A stretch of DNA of 64,000 nt from Eledone cirrhosa (GCA_964016885.1 OZ024741.1:404364001-404428000); one strand, 5' to 3'. Shown: positions 41,453-54,968, numbered from the stretch's first letter. Notes: generated by a model from the sequence alone, not told the origin. Program-made: numbers and translations.

Positions 41453-41840
41453 CTTTCTTTATTAACCACAAGGGTTTACACAAAATAAGACATTAAGGAC
41501 AGTACAGGACAATACAAGACAAAACAGGACGGTACAAATGGGCATTTCTGCGTGTAAAAAAAAACAAAGACAGAGGATGTAATAAAAAAGGAACAATGAC
41601 ATATTCCCCAATAGGGGGGAGACCTCCGAGGGCCATCGTGGAGAAAGCCCATTAAAAAAAAGCCACGGTGACCCTGACCACCAGGGCAAGTGCCCTCTCC
41701 CAGTTTTCCACCTTCAATTTGCAGGCACATACATTCACTCGGGCCATTCTTGCCTCTCTCACCCATCTTTCAACAAAATGCAGGGAAGAGAGCACTTCCC
41801 TCTCTACCATGATTTTCCTTTTCAAATGAAATTTGAAAAA
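41452..41840 (-). mobile_element. 3' fragment of an L1/Tx1 LINE related to the 7.9-12 kb element
   Basis: Translates FFKFHLKRKIMVEREVL...FVERWVREARMARVN versus FFKYHFRRWIRMEREVL...YERWVKVARMARVN; AATAAA then a (TTA)n tail. Confidence 0.8.
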
Positions 41841-43544
41841 TAATAATGAAATTATTGTGTACAGTGCTCAGGTGCACTACAACTCATCAAAGGTGCATGT
41901 ATAGTACATAGAATAATGTACAATTGTCAGGAAAATGAACAGTGTATGAGTCATGAAATACATGTGTGCGTGTGTATCGAGGGGAGATATCAGGTATAGT
42001 ATTGGCGAATCTCAGGAAGCATGGGGGTTTTGTAATGTAACCGTAGACATGTTAATGTATGGTCCCGTACCTCCTGATAGAGGAGTCGTAGAGGCACCTT
42101 AGTGACATACGGTGATTCTTGGGTATTTTAAGCCTGGCGGAACCCAACTCTCTTGGGGACTGAGTACAGCAGATTTCTTCCAAAGAATGATGGAAAATAA
42201 CAGAGAGCAAGTGAGAAAGAGAAATAGAGGGAGGGTGACTCCGGTACCTGACTGGTATTTTTATCAACCTTGAAAGCATGAATTGCAAAGTTGTCCTCAA
42301 GAGGAACGGATACCACAAAGCAATCTATCCGACGTTCTAGCGACTCTGCCAATTCGTCGCAATTAACTATAGACATACAATGCCTGTAACAATGTGACAC
42401 GTCTGAACGATCAGAGCTGACAAAGGGATAAGTAACAGTTATAAATACAGATGAAAATAAAGAGCTATCAGTTGATCTAGATGTTAAAGTTCATTTTATT
42501 TATTTACTTTATATTGTTAAAGTTACATCTGTATAAATACAGAGTATTTAACCGAGACTGCACCAACGTGTATAAAAATACACACGTAGGAACCACGAGG
42601 AAACATGTATTTGATGGATATATATACTCATTCTCTCTTATTGTATATACATATACATCTATCTATATGTATATATATATGTGTGTGTGTGTATTGACAA
42701 ACGCCACCGACGAATGCTAGAAAGTTCTCCAGGAAAGTTAACCAGCAATCTTTAAAAATCTTCCCGCCGAAGTTAACAAAGAACCTACTAGATCTGCCAA
42801 CTCATAATATTATAATTGTTTCTACTTTTGGTACAAGGCCAGCAATTATTCCAGTGTATTACTGGTACTTTATTTTATCGATCCCGTAAGGATGAAAGGC
42901 AAAGTTAACCTCGGCGGGATTTGAACTCAGACCATAAAGGGACGTAACTCTTTGCTGCAAAGCATTGCGCCCGACCCTCTACTGATACTGCCAATCCACC
43001 GCCCCTTATAATATTATAAAATTATAAAATTAAATCAATTTGTTTAGAACTACAAGTGAAGTCACTTTCTTTCTTTTTTTTCTAAATATATATATCTATA
43101 TGTATGTATGTATGTGTATGTGTGTGTATACATATTTATATATGTGTGTGTGTGTATATATATGGGTGCTTATATATATATATGTATATTGGTGTATGTA
43201 TATATATATATATTTGTGTACATGAGTATGGAGAGACATGGATGTGTGTATATATATATATTACGTTATTATTGAGTGTGCGCCTGTGTGTGCGCATATG
43301 TGAGCAAAAGATCACACGTTTATATGTGTGTGTTCGTATTTCTATGTAGATACACATACACATATGTGAGAATGTATACGTTTACGTACTATTACGTATA
43401 AGCACGTGTTTGCGTGTGTGTATGTTTATGTTCTGGATATTTATTTATATAGTTTTTCCCCTCAATTTTTTGCCCGTTATTTGATTTCAGTCTCACTTTC
43501 ATATTTCCTAAATTTTGTTTTAAAATCCATAAACATTCCATTTT

Positions 43545-43608
43545 ATTCTTTCTGACGACTAAAGACAGATATAAATATCTGTCTTCAAGAAATCACTGGT
43601 AAATGAAT
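43545..43608 (+). ncRNA. hammerhead ribozyme motif (family L; related copies at 59452-59668 and 60786-61098)
   Basis: ATTCTTT-CTGACGA-..AAGACAGATAT-AA-ATATCTGTCTT..-GAAAT-CACTG-GTA-AATGAAT. Confidence 0.75.
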
Positions 43609-43701
43609 TAATTATCTTATGTTGTTTATTACATAACTAAAAAGCTCCGTAGCCTACATAGAGCACTCTCTTTTCCTTTACCTTTCCTACGGAAATACTT
43701 C

Positions 43702-43725
<24 letters not shown>

Positions 43726-43733
<8 letters not shown>

Positions 43734-44170
43734 AGTAAGTCAAACATGTTAAATTTGGCTTCATTTATTATAAATTCTCTGGTATATATATTTCAGTGAC
43801 AGCTATTTTTTTGGCTGTGACCTCATCAGATAGTATGAATTAGTATGATTAGTATGATTCCAGTTCCTCGGAGGACTAACAGCACACCCTGGAGCTGGAC
43901 ATATCGATGAATTGACAGAGGGAAACACATTTCAACACCATGTTTACCTGTTTTTTCTACATTAATTCGTACTGCCCGATGAGGTCACAGCCAATAATAG
44001 CTGTCACTGAAGTATATATAGCAGAGAATTTATAATAAACGAAGTCAAATTTAACATGTTTGACTTACTTATTTTACATTTCTCCGGAGTAAACAAACCA
44101 ACCTGCGTACTTCGACAAGTGCTCAAACCTGCATAATGAGGTGTCGGTAAACAACCAACACATACTCAAA

Positions 44171-44173
<3 letters not shown>
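43726..44173. mobile_element. fold-back hammerhead element homologous to the terminal repeat of the 49.5-53.3 kb Penelope-like element
   Basis: Arms 43726-43829 and 43976-44076. ACTGC-CCGATGA-GGTCACAGCC...GAAGT-ATAT-ATA-GCAG; the tail CTCCGGA...CTTCG...GTGCTC...ACCAACAC is shared with the reverse complement of 49538-49626. Confidence 0.8.
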
Positions 44174-44212
<39 letters not shown>

Positions 44213-44217
<5 letters not shown>

Positions 44218-44614
44218 AATAATAATATATAAGATCAAAAGATGGTTAAAAGAGTTCCATGTATTTTATTATGCGCATTTCAAAATCAAATATCATCATG
44301 CAATAACATTTGCGTTTTCGTCAAATAAAATAGGGAGACATGATATGAAGGTTAAAACGCACTTGTGAAAAACTGCACTATTCACAAGTGTGTTTTAACC
44401 TTCATATCATGTCTCCCTATTTTATCTGACGAAAACGCAAATGTTATTGCATGATGATATTTGATTTTGAAATGCGCATAATAAAATACATGGAACTCTT
44501 TTAACCATCTTTTGATCTTACATATTATTATTTATACTCCAGTCCTACAAACTGTAGAGTGCTACTTATCCGATATCTGCATTGCTTTATTGTACTACAA
44601 TAAAACTCACCTCC

Positions 44615-44617
<3 letters not shown>
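44213..44617. mobile_element. fold-back element with hammerhead ribozyme (44420-44486 plus) in (TA)n
   Basis: ~157-bp arms. TTTTAT-CTGACGA-AAA...TTT-GAAAT-GCGC-ATA-ATAAAA. The tail begins TATA|CTCC at 44533-44540. Confidence 0.85.
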
Positions 44618-44689
<72 letters not shown>

Positions 44690-44693
<4 letters not shown>

Positions 44694-45186
44694 ATAAATG
44701 GAAAATATCTTTATAAAACTATATTTATTTTATTATACGTATTTCAAGTGTACTAGTATTTAAGTACGCTTTCGTCAGATAAAATATAATATTTGGTGTT
44801 AAGATAGTGACATATCTTCATGTGAACTTAATTGGACTTATACCATTAAGTTCACACGAAGATATGTCACTATCTTAACACGAAATATTATATGTTATGG
44901 TGGATTGGCAGTATCGGTAGAGGGTCGGACGCCATGCTTTGAAGCATAGAGTTGCATCCCTTTATGATCTGAGTTCAAATCTCGCCGTGGTTAACTTTGC
45001 CTTTCATCCTTACAGGGTCGATCACATAAAGTACCAGTAATGTACTGTGTAATTACCGGCCTTGTGCCTAAAATAGAAACAATTATATTTTATCTGATGA
45101 AAGCGTACTTAAATATTAGTACTCTTGAAATACGTATAATAAAATAAATATGGTTTTATAAATATATTTTCCATTTATTAATATTC

Positions 45187-45190
<4 letters not shown>
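44690..45190. mobile_element. fold-back element with two hammerheads (44728-44784 minus; 45088-45144 plus) interrupted by a SINE family 1 copy (44897-45085)
   Basis: TTTTAT-CTGATGA-AAGCGTACT...AGTACTCTT-GAAAT-ACGT-ATA-ATAAAA. The SINE is flanked by a duplicated ATTATATkTTAT. Confidence 0.85.
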
Positions 45191-45222
<32 letters not shown>

Positions 45223-45519
45223 CGTGTGTCTACCTTCGTTGTTATCTTTCTCCTGTTTTCTGTGTCTGATATTGGTTTCTGTGGCACAAGGCCAATGTGT
45301 TTAATATATATTAATAAAGAAAACACAGCGGGGTAAGATGGTCCGGAAATTGAAGACCGTCCCTACCTAATGAAGAACTTTGTTTTGATATCACATGGTT
45401 CAGGTTTCATAATGTTGCACTAGATACAGCAAAAAACGGATGGTCACGGCTGGAATGTTATCAACACAGATCTGGTCGGTCTGATTGATCAAGGTCTAAT
45501 ATATCACAGAAAAGCAGGT

Positions 45520-46360
45520 ACACTAGAACTCATCAAAGGTGCATGTATAGTACATAGAATAATGTACAAATGTCAGGGAAGTGAATAGTGTATGGAGGGG
45601 GAATATTAGGTGTAGTGTTGGCGAATCTCAGGAAGCATGGAGGTTTTAAAGGATGCAGTGTCTCGACAGCTAACAAATGAAGCAGGTAGTTTGTTCCATG
45701 GAGGTTTTAAAGGATGCAGTGTCTCGACAGCTAACAAATGAAGCAGGTAGTTTGTTCCATGGAGGTTTTAAAGGATGCAGTGTCTCGACAGCTAACAAAT
45801 GAAGCAGGTAGTTTGTTCCATGGAGGTTTTAAAGGATGCAGTGTCTCGACAGCTAACAAATGAAGCAGGTAGTTTGTTCCATGGAGGTTTTAAAGGATGC
45901 AGTGTCTCGACAGCTAACAAATGAAGCAGGTAGTTTGTTCCATGGAGGTTTTAAAGGATGCAGTGTCTCGACAGCTAACAAATGAAGCAGGTAGTTTGTT
46001 CCATGGAGGTTTTAAAGGATGCAGTGTCTCGACAGCTAACAAATGAAGCAGGTAGTTTGTTCCATGGAGGTTTTAAAGGATGCAGTGTCTCGACAGCTAA
46101 CAAATGAAGCAGGTAGTTTGTTCCATGGAGGTTTTAAAGGATGCAGTGTCTCGACAGCTAACAAATGAAGCAGGTAGTTTGTTCCATGGAGGTTTTAAAG
46201 GATGCAGTGTCTCAGCAGCTAACAAATGAAGTTTGTCCCATGCTTCAGCAACTCTGAGCGTGAAAAAAATGTTTCAGAAAGTCATGGGAGCTGTGCTGTT
46301 TTCTGACTTTGTTGGCATCCCCAGCTGTGTTAGACACATGGAAATCAAAAAGGTGCTCAG
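45520..46360 (-). mobile_element. CR1-like LINE 3' fragment containing a 61-bp x10 tandem amplification (45636-46241)
   Basis: Minus-strand pieces KVRKQHSSHDF.KHFF..RVAEAW.KLPASFVSCRDTASFK fit the CR1 ORF2 end; nine identical 61-bp units plus one degenerate unit. Confidence 0.75.
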
Positions 46361-46684
46361 GCTTGTTGTTGGAAAGATATAAAAACATTTCTTTAATTTC
46401 ACTTATTGATTCCACAGACGATTTCCAAGTTGTTAAGAATTTCGCTTCGCAATCAGCTGAATACTGCTTCGATCCTACTGTACAGCACCTGACGAAAGTA
46501 ATTATGTTATAGACACTGATCGATTAAAGAATCGCGAGAGAAACTGAGTTGGCAGAGTGTATTGTGTGGGGACGTTGCGAATAGAACACTCGTGGGATTG
46601 AGGTGTTAACCTCATCCCCACGTCCCTTGATGCAATTGATCGAATCTACTTCGTTGAAAGAATCCGAAACATATACATATATAT

Positions 46685-46960
46685 GTGTGTGTGACAGCTC
46701 ACACCTATGCTGGTTTAGCTGGCCTCCTCCAAGGTATACCTCGTTGGCGGTGTCTTGGGTTATTTAATGATAGGGACGCCAGGCCTATCATCTCATTTCT
46801 ACAGCTGAGTAAACTGGAGCAACGTGAAATAAAGTGTCTTGCTCAAGGAAGAAACGTTAGTGAGAATTGAACTCACAACCTTTCGATTGCAAGCCCAATG
46901 CTCTCACCACTAAGCTATGCGCTAAGAAAAAATTACATTACTAAGCCATGCGCCTTCACA
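46685..46960 (-). mobile_element. CORE-type SINE family 2 copy
   Basis: Reverse complement of the family 2 sequence, with an internal deletion. Confidence 0.8.
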
Positions 46961-47182
46961 TATACATATATACATATATAGCCTAGTATAACAGCCACCT
47001 GGAAACTAGTCATATAGGCCCTGAAAAGTAGGACAGATATACATAACAAGGGATACGTTATGTGCAGTCTGACCAACTGAATATGAATAAAATATAGATT
47101 AAAAAGAGATTCTTATAATGGAGGAGAACAATAAAATTTGATTTATAATGGTAAAACTTCAAATACATGAAGCAGTTGGAAA

Positions 47183-47283
<101 letters not shown>

Positions 47284-47326
47284 ATATATATATATAAGTA
47301 TATATATATATATGTATATATATATT

Positions 47327-47373
<47 letters not shown>

Positions 47374-47385
47374 CATTTTATACAT

Positions 47386-47458
<73 letters not shown>

Positions 47459-47564
47459 GCATACATATATACATATAATATGTATGCATATAATGTATAT
47501 ATATATATATATATATACACACACATGCATACATACATATATGCATATAATATGTATGCATATA

Positions 47565-47626
<62 letters not shown>

Positions 47627-47676
47627 ATGCTTTGGGAGGGTCATGTTGCCAGAATCTTGCTAAACAAATTCAGAAA

Positions 47677-47744
<68 letters not shown>

Positions 47745-48090
47745 ATATAATATATACGCATATAAAATGTATATATATATATATATATATATATAAGACA
47801 AGCTAGAAAATATATGGTATAACATGTACAATTACGTAAATCGATGAAACACACTTAAGATAATTTGTAAGAGTGAATTAATAATATAGGAAAGAGCAGG
47901 TTATATATGTAATGGCTTTAAACAATTCATTTGGAACACTTTGTTTGAAATGTTTCTGAAACGTGAATTGAGTGGGATCGGGAGAAAATATATTCACGCG
48001 GGGGAAACTTCCTCATATCACATACACACGCACGATAGACCCTCTGTACACTGGTGGATATTCACAGACATGAAGTTGCAAATATTAATG

Positions 48091-48165
<75 letters not shown>

Positions 48166-48502
48166 CGTGGCTGCCAACTCGTTTTCGAGTACGGCCACTA
48201 CTTTATATCCATGTAGGAGAACCCCTACCGATGCGCTGAACGAGTGTGACTTTTTAGTCCAGCCAGCGACTTGAAAACTCTGGTACAAACACTAAACGTG
48301 TGACAATTTTTGACACATAGTGCTGGGCCCATGGTACCATGTGACGACAAGTGCAGAGAGATTTCCAGATATAAAGCAATGCCTGTGCCGTGAAGCTTTT
48401 ATAGTGAGCAAAGGCACTGCACAAAGCCAGTCCCACTCTCTTAACCAAGATGATATTTACCAAAAAGAAGAACAAGTCAACATCATTGGATACCATCAGG
48501 GT

Positions 48503-48554
<52 letters not shown>

Positions 48555-48578
48555 CATATATATACACACACACCCATA

Positions 48579-48684
<106 letters not shown>

Positions 48685-49305
48685 TGTATATATATATGTA
48701 TATATATATATATATATATAACAAATATACTAAGGATATATACATATATACACAAGTATAGGCATATGAGGGCGTCCAACAGACACCAATTTTGCTCAAT
48801 GGAAGAATTAATAAAAATCAATTATTCAGAGCTATATACAAATTATATTTGGGGAACACAAATAAGATAAAGAAATATTTAGCTATTTATTGAAGCGACC
48901 CTACTGCAGTTTCATTGAGTAAACCTCAGCATTTGAGATATGAAAACCTCAAATCGTTAAAGAACATTTTCAAACAAGAAAGCATTCAACTACCAGCGAT
49001 AATTTCAAACGGGAGAAATATCACGTGATTAGCGCCCTACAGAGGGGCAGTGTTATTTGGACAATGGGAAGTGATGAGGATGCTAAATATAGCACCCAGA
49101 TTCGGCCAAATCTTTACTCGACCGTAAGGGATTAATGTTGAAGCGCTCCATCATCCACTTTTCTAAAAAATGAATTATATACAAAACGCACGCGCCAACA
49201 GTTTTGCAAGAGATGTCAACATGAATGGACCTGTTATTTTTATCTAAGACAATGTTTCCAATTTAAACCCGCCCGTCTCCTCAATCTGTATTATTTCTCA
49301 TTCTT

Positions 49306-49341
49306 TCTTCTGACGAAGGACTAGCGTCCGAAACGTTAAGA
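49306..49341 (+). ncRNA. minimal hammerhead ribozyme motif
   Basis: TCTT-CTGACGA-A-GGAC-TAGC-GTCC-GAAAC-GTT-AAGA. Confidence 0.8.
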
Positions 49342-49450
49342 CCCTCTTCCTGCTATATCAAGCGTTAACCTAATATATCCCTTCTATATACTGTACCGAT
49401 TGTGTTGTTATTTCTGTTTACCTTTTAGATACATACATATATACATACAT

Positions 49451-49537
<87 letters not shown>

Positions 49538-49539
<2 letters not shown>

Positions 49540-52526
49540 CAAGAAAGTAAGTGTTGGTAAAATCCAGTACTTCAGTATGCGGATAGGGAGCACCCAACGA
49601 AGATATAAGTTCCGGAGTTATAATAATGACGAAACATAAGTCAATTGCATGAACTCATAATCCTTTATTTACTGCTATATATATTTCGATGATTGGCATC
49701 ATTTCCAACATCAAATTTTCCGACCAACCATACCGGGGTCGAGAGTACCATAGACGACTGGAAAATGGAATTACCGACCTTAAGGAATCTACAGGAATAC
49801 TCGTCCATGCCGACAAAACCAACAACCTTTACAGCATGGACGTTCAACTTTACCATGAGCTAACTAATCCTCAGGGAATTGAGAAAAAGCTACAAAAAAA
49901 CGCCCGAGGCTACCCTGGAGGATATCAACATCAAGGCTTATGAGATCGTATCTGGTCTTGGTATAGATGATAGGACGGCCCTATACCAACCAAAGAAGCC
50001 AAGGATTACCATTAAGGACCACAAACCAAACTTCGAGTTTAACCTGCCGGTCAGACTGATAGCCCCCTCCCGGTCAGACATGGCGGTTATTAGCAAAAGC
50101 ATTTTAGATAGGATCCTGCCCACACTTAAGAGTAAAATAAGGTTACAACTCTGGTCCTGCACCAGCCAGGTGCTGGACTGGTTTACATTTTTACCTGAAA
50201 AACATAGGACTAGCTTCATACAACTAGACATCAACAATTACTACTCCTCTATCTCTCCCATAGTCCTGAACAGGGCACTCATATTCGCGATGAATAGGAC
50301 AGACCTAACACGCGACGAGATTCGAATCATACACGCCGCCAGAAAGACCTTGATCCGATTCGGTGGGGACATATGGACCCGGAGTGACTGGCCAAAAAAT
50401 GTTGACATTACAATGGGCTCCAGTGATTCCGCGCAGCTAACGGACTTGGTTGGGATATACATACTCTACGAGATCAGGAGAGAAATACCCAACCTGGGTG
50501 GCGGGCTGTAACGAGACGAGGCACTCTTCACCGTAGTGGACCACAGGACCACAATGGTCTAAAATATGAAGAGGAGAATTAGGCACGTCTTTAGCAAGGT
50601 AGGACTTAAGGTAGAGATGGAACCCAATAGAAAAGTAGTGAATTTCCTGGACACCACCCTCAACCTCAACACCAAGCTACACCACCCATATCATAAACCC
50701 AATGAGAAGCTGGTGTATATCAACGCTGGGTCTAATCACCCTAGATCTATAGTTAAGGCCGTAGTTAAGAGTGTCTCTGACAGGATCTCTAACTTGTCGG
50801 CCAATAAAGAGATCTTCAATAGTAACGCTGATTACTATAACTCAGCGCTAGCTAAGGCGTCCCACAGCGATAGGATCAGCTATAAACCCTAAGGGACATG
50901 ATCGAGATGACCCAAGGGTACCCCGGACCAATACCCTCAGAGGCATCAGCAGCCCACCTAATACGTCGGTGACCAGTAGTAATACTCCCAGACCTCTATC
51001 CGTCACCACCCCCGGTAGAAGGTCCCGCATACCCCACCGGCCTAATACCTACAACGCTGAAGACCACTGTGTTGCAGAGCATTGGCACTCCTGCACCGGC
51101 CCCACCACCCACCGAACCCTAATTGAGCAGGGAGGCCGCATCTCGGAGGTTTATAGCCCCACGGTGGGCCCATATAACCCTCATGATAGTGACCGCTCCG
51201 CACACCCGAGTGACACCAACCGAGCTCAACCTGAGCTGTGCACAACCACGCGATGGCCCACGACGGACACCCAACAACCCCGCAAGAATAGGACCAGAAA
51301 GGTCACATGGTATAACCCTCTGTACTCGGTGGGTCTACGTACCAGCCTGGCTAGAACATTCTTTAGAGTACTGGATAAATGTTTCCCTAGGGCCCACAAT
51401 TACCATAAAATATTCAGCAGGCACACGGTGAAACTTTCCTACTCAACCACACGCTCCGTAGCTCAGCACATAGCTGGCATAAATAGGAATAGGCTCACTG
51501 CCTCTAATACCACCGTAAACCCCGGAGCCACCCAACAGAACCAGCACACGGGACGCAACGGAACCCGGACAGGCCCAACTAGCACACCGGAAACCAACGA
51601 CCCTGTGTTGATTGCACAGGCTACCCAGCCAACCCCGAGGGATGGTAACCACGCGGTACATGTGGCGGGGCTTAAGAAGTCATGTAATTGCAGAGACCCA
51701 TTACTATGCCCCCTTAGTAATGAATGCATGACGAAAAACGTGATCTACAGGTGCAAGGTCACAACCCCTAACTCGGAGCACCACTACATAGGATCCACAG
51801 CGACGAGCTTCAAAGATCGGTGGTATAACCATCGCCATTCCTTTAACAGAATAGATAAGAGGAAATGTACGGCCCTTTCTGAATTGATCTGGAAGCTCAA
51901 ACTTGAAAAGACCCCGCACTCTCTGGTCTGGTCCGTGGTTAGAAAGGTTCCCCCAGACAGAGGCGGGTCTGGTATTTGCAACCTCTGTCTTAGTGAGACA
52001 CTCGAGATTCTTCATGGCGGAACCAAGCTATTAAACAGAAGGGCCGACTTTTTCGATGCCTGCAGACACCTAAGCACGGGAACTTTCCTCAAGCTGTATG
52101 GATAAACCCTGGTTACGGCCTCCCACAACGCGCCCCCCCCCCCCATGTAGGTCCCCTACACCCCGTACAAATGACCAATGGACAACAACAACCACCCATA
52201 GTTTGTGGTCCATATGGTGGATGGTCCACCGGATCCTCTACTGGTTAGGAGTCATCAAAACCACGTTTTATTGAACCTGTTTTATATATATATATATATA
52301 TCATGTATATATATATGTATGTATATATATTTTATATATATATATATTTTATATATATGTATGTATATGTATGTATATATTTTATATATATATGTATATG
52401 TATGTGTATTTTATATATACATATGTATGTATGTTTTATGTGTGTATATATTTTATGTATGTGTGTATTTTATGTATATATATATTTTTATATTTTTATA
52501 TGTATATATTTTATATATATGTATGT

Positions 52527-52562
<36 letters not shown>

Positions 52563-53303
52563 CTTGTGCGTACATACATGCATGCATATATATGTATACA
52601 CACCTGTATGGATTTGTGTGTGTAGATGTGTGAGTGTCTTAGGGGTAGGTGTGAGTGTATGTACAAGTCAACCAGCATAAACCTTTTATTTCTACATTTT
52701 CTAAACTATCTAAGTATTGGACTCTAACCAATATTTTAAGTATTACCACCCCACATTTTGTATGTGTGGATGTGTGTGTGTGTCTGTGGAGGTAGGTGTG
52801 AGTGTACGTGCAAGCCAACCTACATAAGTCTTTTTATTTGTAAATTTTCTACTCTAACCATAAATTTCAGTAGCACCACTCCACATAAATTCCTCAATTT
52901 AAGAATGACCTGTAGTATCTATTTCATACTATAAACCTCAATTGAATATATATCTGGCCAGGAATGCTTTTTGTGAAAATCAGTCATATGAAACTATTGT
53001 CATCTTGCCTGACGGTTTGAACTTTACAACACCACCTGCCTCTTTGAGATCAAATACCAACCCTACTACCATCTACAAACTGACCAATGAGAATCAAGAC
53101 TATTCCTGCTGACAACATTAAATTATTCCTAACAAGCTCATATGTCCAAAGGCTCTGATACCATCAACACTATAAACACAGAGCTGGCATATCTAAGAAC
53201 TGACTAACTGCCTGATGAGGTCATAGCCATTCAATGGCTATCATCGAAATATATATAGCAGTAAATAAAGGATTATGCGTTCATGCAATTGACTTATGTT
53301 TCG

Positions 53304-53307
<4 letters not shown>
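49538..53307 (+). mobile_element. 5'-truncated Penelope-like retroelement (Naiad-like) with an inverted terminal-repeat fragment, in (TA)n
   Basis: RT: ADKTNN, IKDHKPNF, LDINNYY, TMGS, GGGL*RDE. Then WYNPLY...HKIFSRHTVKLSYS, CNCRDPLLCPLSNEC, VIYRC...HYIGST...FKDRWYNH, CNLCLSE. 49627-49692 is the reverse complement of 53241-53306. Confidence 0.92.
53207..53262 (+). ncRNA. type I hammerhead ribozyme in the Penelope 3' terminal repeat
   Basis: ACTGC-CTGATGA-GGTC-ATAGCCA-TTCAA-TGGCTAT-CATC-GAAAT-ATAT-ATA-GCAGT. Confidence 0.88.
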
Positions 53308-53343
<36 letters not shown>

Positions 53344-53929
53344 AGTATAGCCATACATATGAGGGAGTCCAACATACACCAATTATGGTAATAAATAGTT
53401 AATAAGAATCATGAATTACTCCCTTACAGTAGAAAGGAACAATGCAGTTATTAATAGCAATAATTGAAATTAATGTAGGCAAGATTTCACTGCTCTAGCA
53501 TCATTCCTTCATACTCTGTCCATGAAATTTACAGCATACCCTCCTAGGTATTTGTGTGCAATGTCTATATGTATGCGTGCATGTGTATGTGTGTATATGC
53601 ATATGTGTATGTGTATACTGTGTATGTGAGTGTGTGTATGTTCTGTTGGTGTATTCGTGTCTACAAACACATCAATACATACAGATATGAATTATAATTT
53701 AGACAGCAGAACTGAAGCAAAACAAAATGATGTATATAATTATTTCGGTAGGAATGCGCACGGTTTATTCTATGACTGGTTTCAGTCGGGAAACACTGGC
53801 CATGCTGGGGCAACACCTTAAAGAGGTTTATTCTAACATATCAAGCTTGGTAATATATATCATCTGTTTCTAACTGACAGGTAGCACTATATAAACCAAA
53901 ATACTGGTGTAAATACAGATATATTTACG

Positions 53930-54024
<95 letters not shown>

Positions 54025-54060
54025 ACGCACATGCACACACACATACAGACGAGGAAAGCT

Positions 54061-54105
54061 TTCCTGATGATTTCTTTCGAATGAAACAGTTCTAGTTCTG
54101 TAGAA
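54061..54105 (+). ncRNA. hammerhead ribozyme motif in a short insert (54048-54196), related to 31981-32115
   Basis: TTC-CTGATGA-TTTCTTTCGAAT-GAAAC-AG...CT-GTA-GAA; shared tail AGTACCTTAC...GGTTACC.CTGATTGAACCCG. Confidence 0.65.
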
Positions 54106-54225
54106 CCCATTTTTACATTAAACTTGATGTTTACACTATACTAATGTATTGAGTACCTTACCAACTGTGGTTACCTCTGATTGAACCCGGGACTCATATA
54201 TAGAGATATTTATATAATAATAGCT

Positions 54226-54259
<34 letters not shown>

Positions 54260-54701
54260 CACGTGCACGACAGAAATAGATTGTATGTCAATACCACATC
54301 TTCATATTAGTATAAAATTACAACAAAAGAAATTAAAGATTTCTATTGTAGACTTATAACAAAGTACATAGGAAAACGTAAGACAAACTAAGAATTGTTA
54401 GAAATTACTGAATGTCAGTTTGTGTTCAAATTTGAGCGATTATCATTACAATGATTCTTGTGATATACTACAAGACGACAGCAATAGAGACAACAGACGA
54501 AACTAAACCGTTGCAAACAATATTAAAAAGATTAGGCCGAGATCTAAAATGTTGGTGGACTTTTGAACGTTAATGTTGTCTCCAACTATAAAGGTTGTAA
54601 TTAAAATAAAGGTTCGAAACTGTCGCTTGAAGGGAGTTTCTTCTCTGAAGGCCTTCTACTGTCCAGCACTCTTGAGAGTTTCCTACCCTTGAAACATTTC
54701 C

Positions 54702-54740
<39 letters not shown>

Positions 54741-54866
54741 TCATTGTTTCAGAAATATTTCTTCCTATTACACGTGTTTCGCTGACAATTGATGATTACA
54801 TAATCTACACATATTTCTTTCTTACTTTCTTTCTCTCCCCACTCACTCTCTCTCCTTCCCCTCTTT

Positions 54867-54968
<102 letters not shown>

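Noticed and set aside
50509-50562. Stop-codon recoding in the 49.5-53.3 kb Penelope RT
   Set aside because: The stops are TAA, one destroys the YRDD catalytic motif, and frameshifts accompany them, which indicates ordinary decay.
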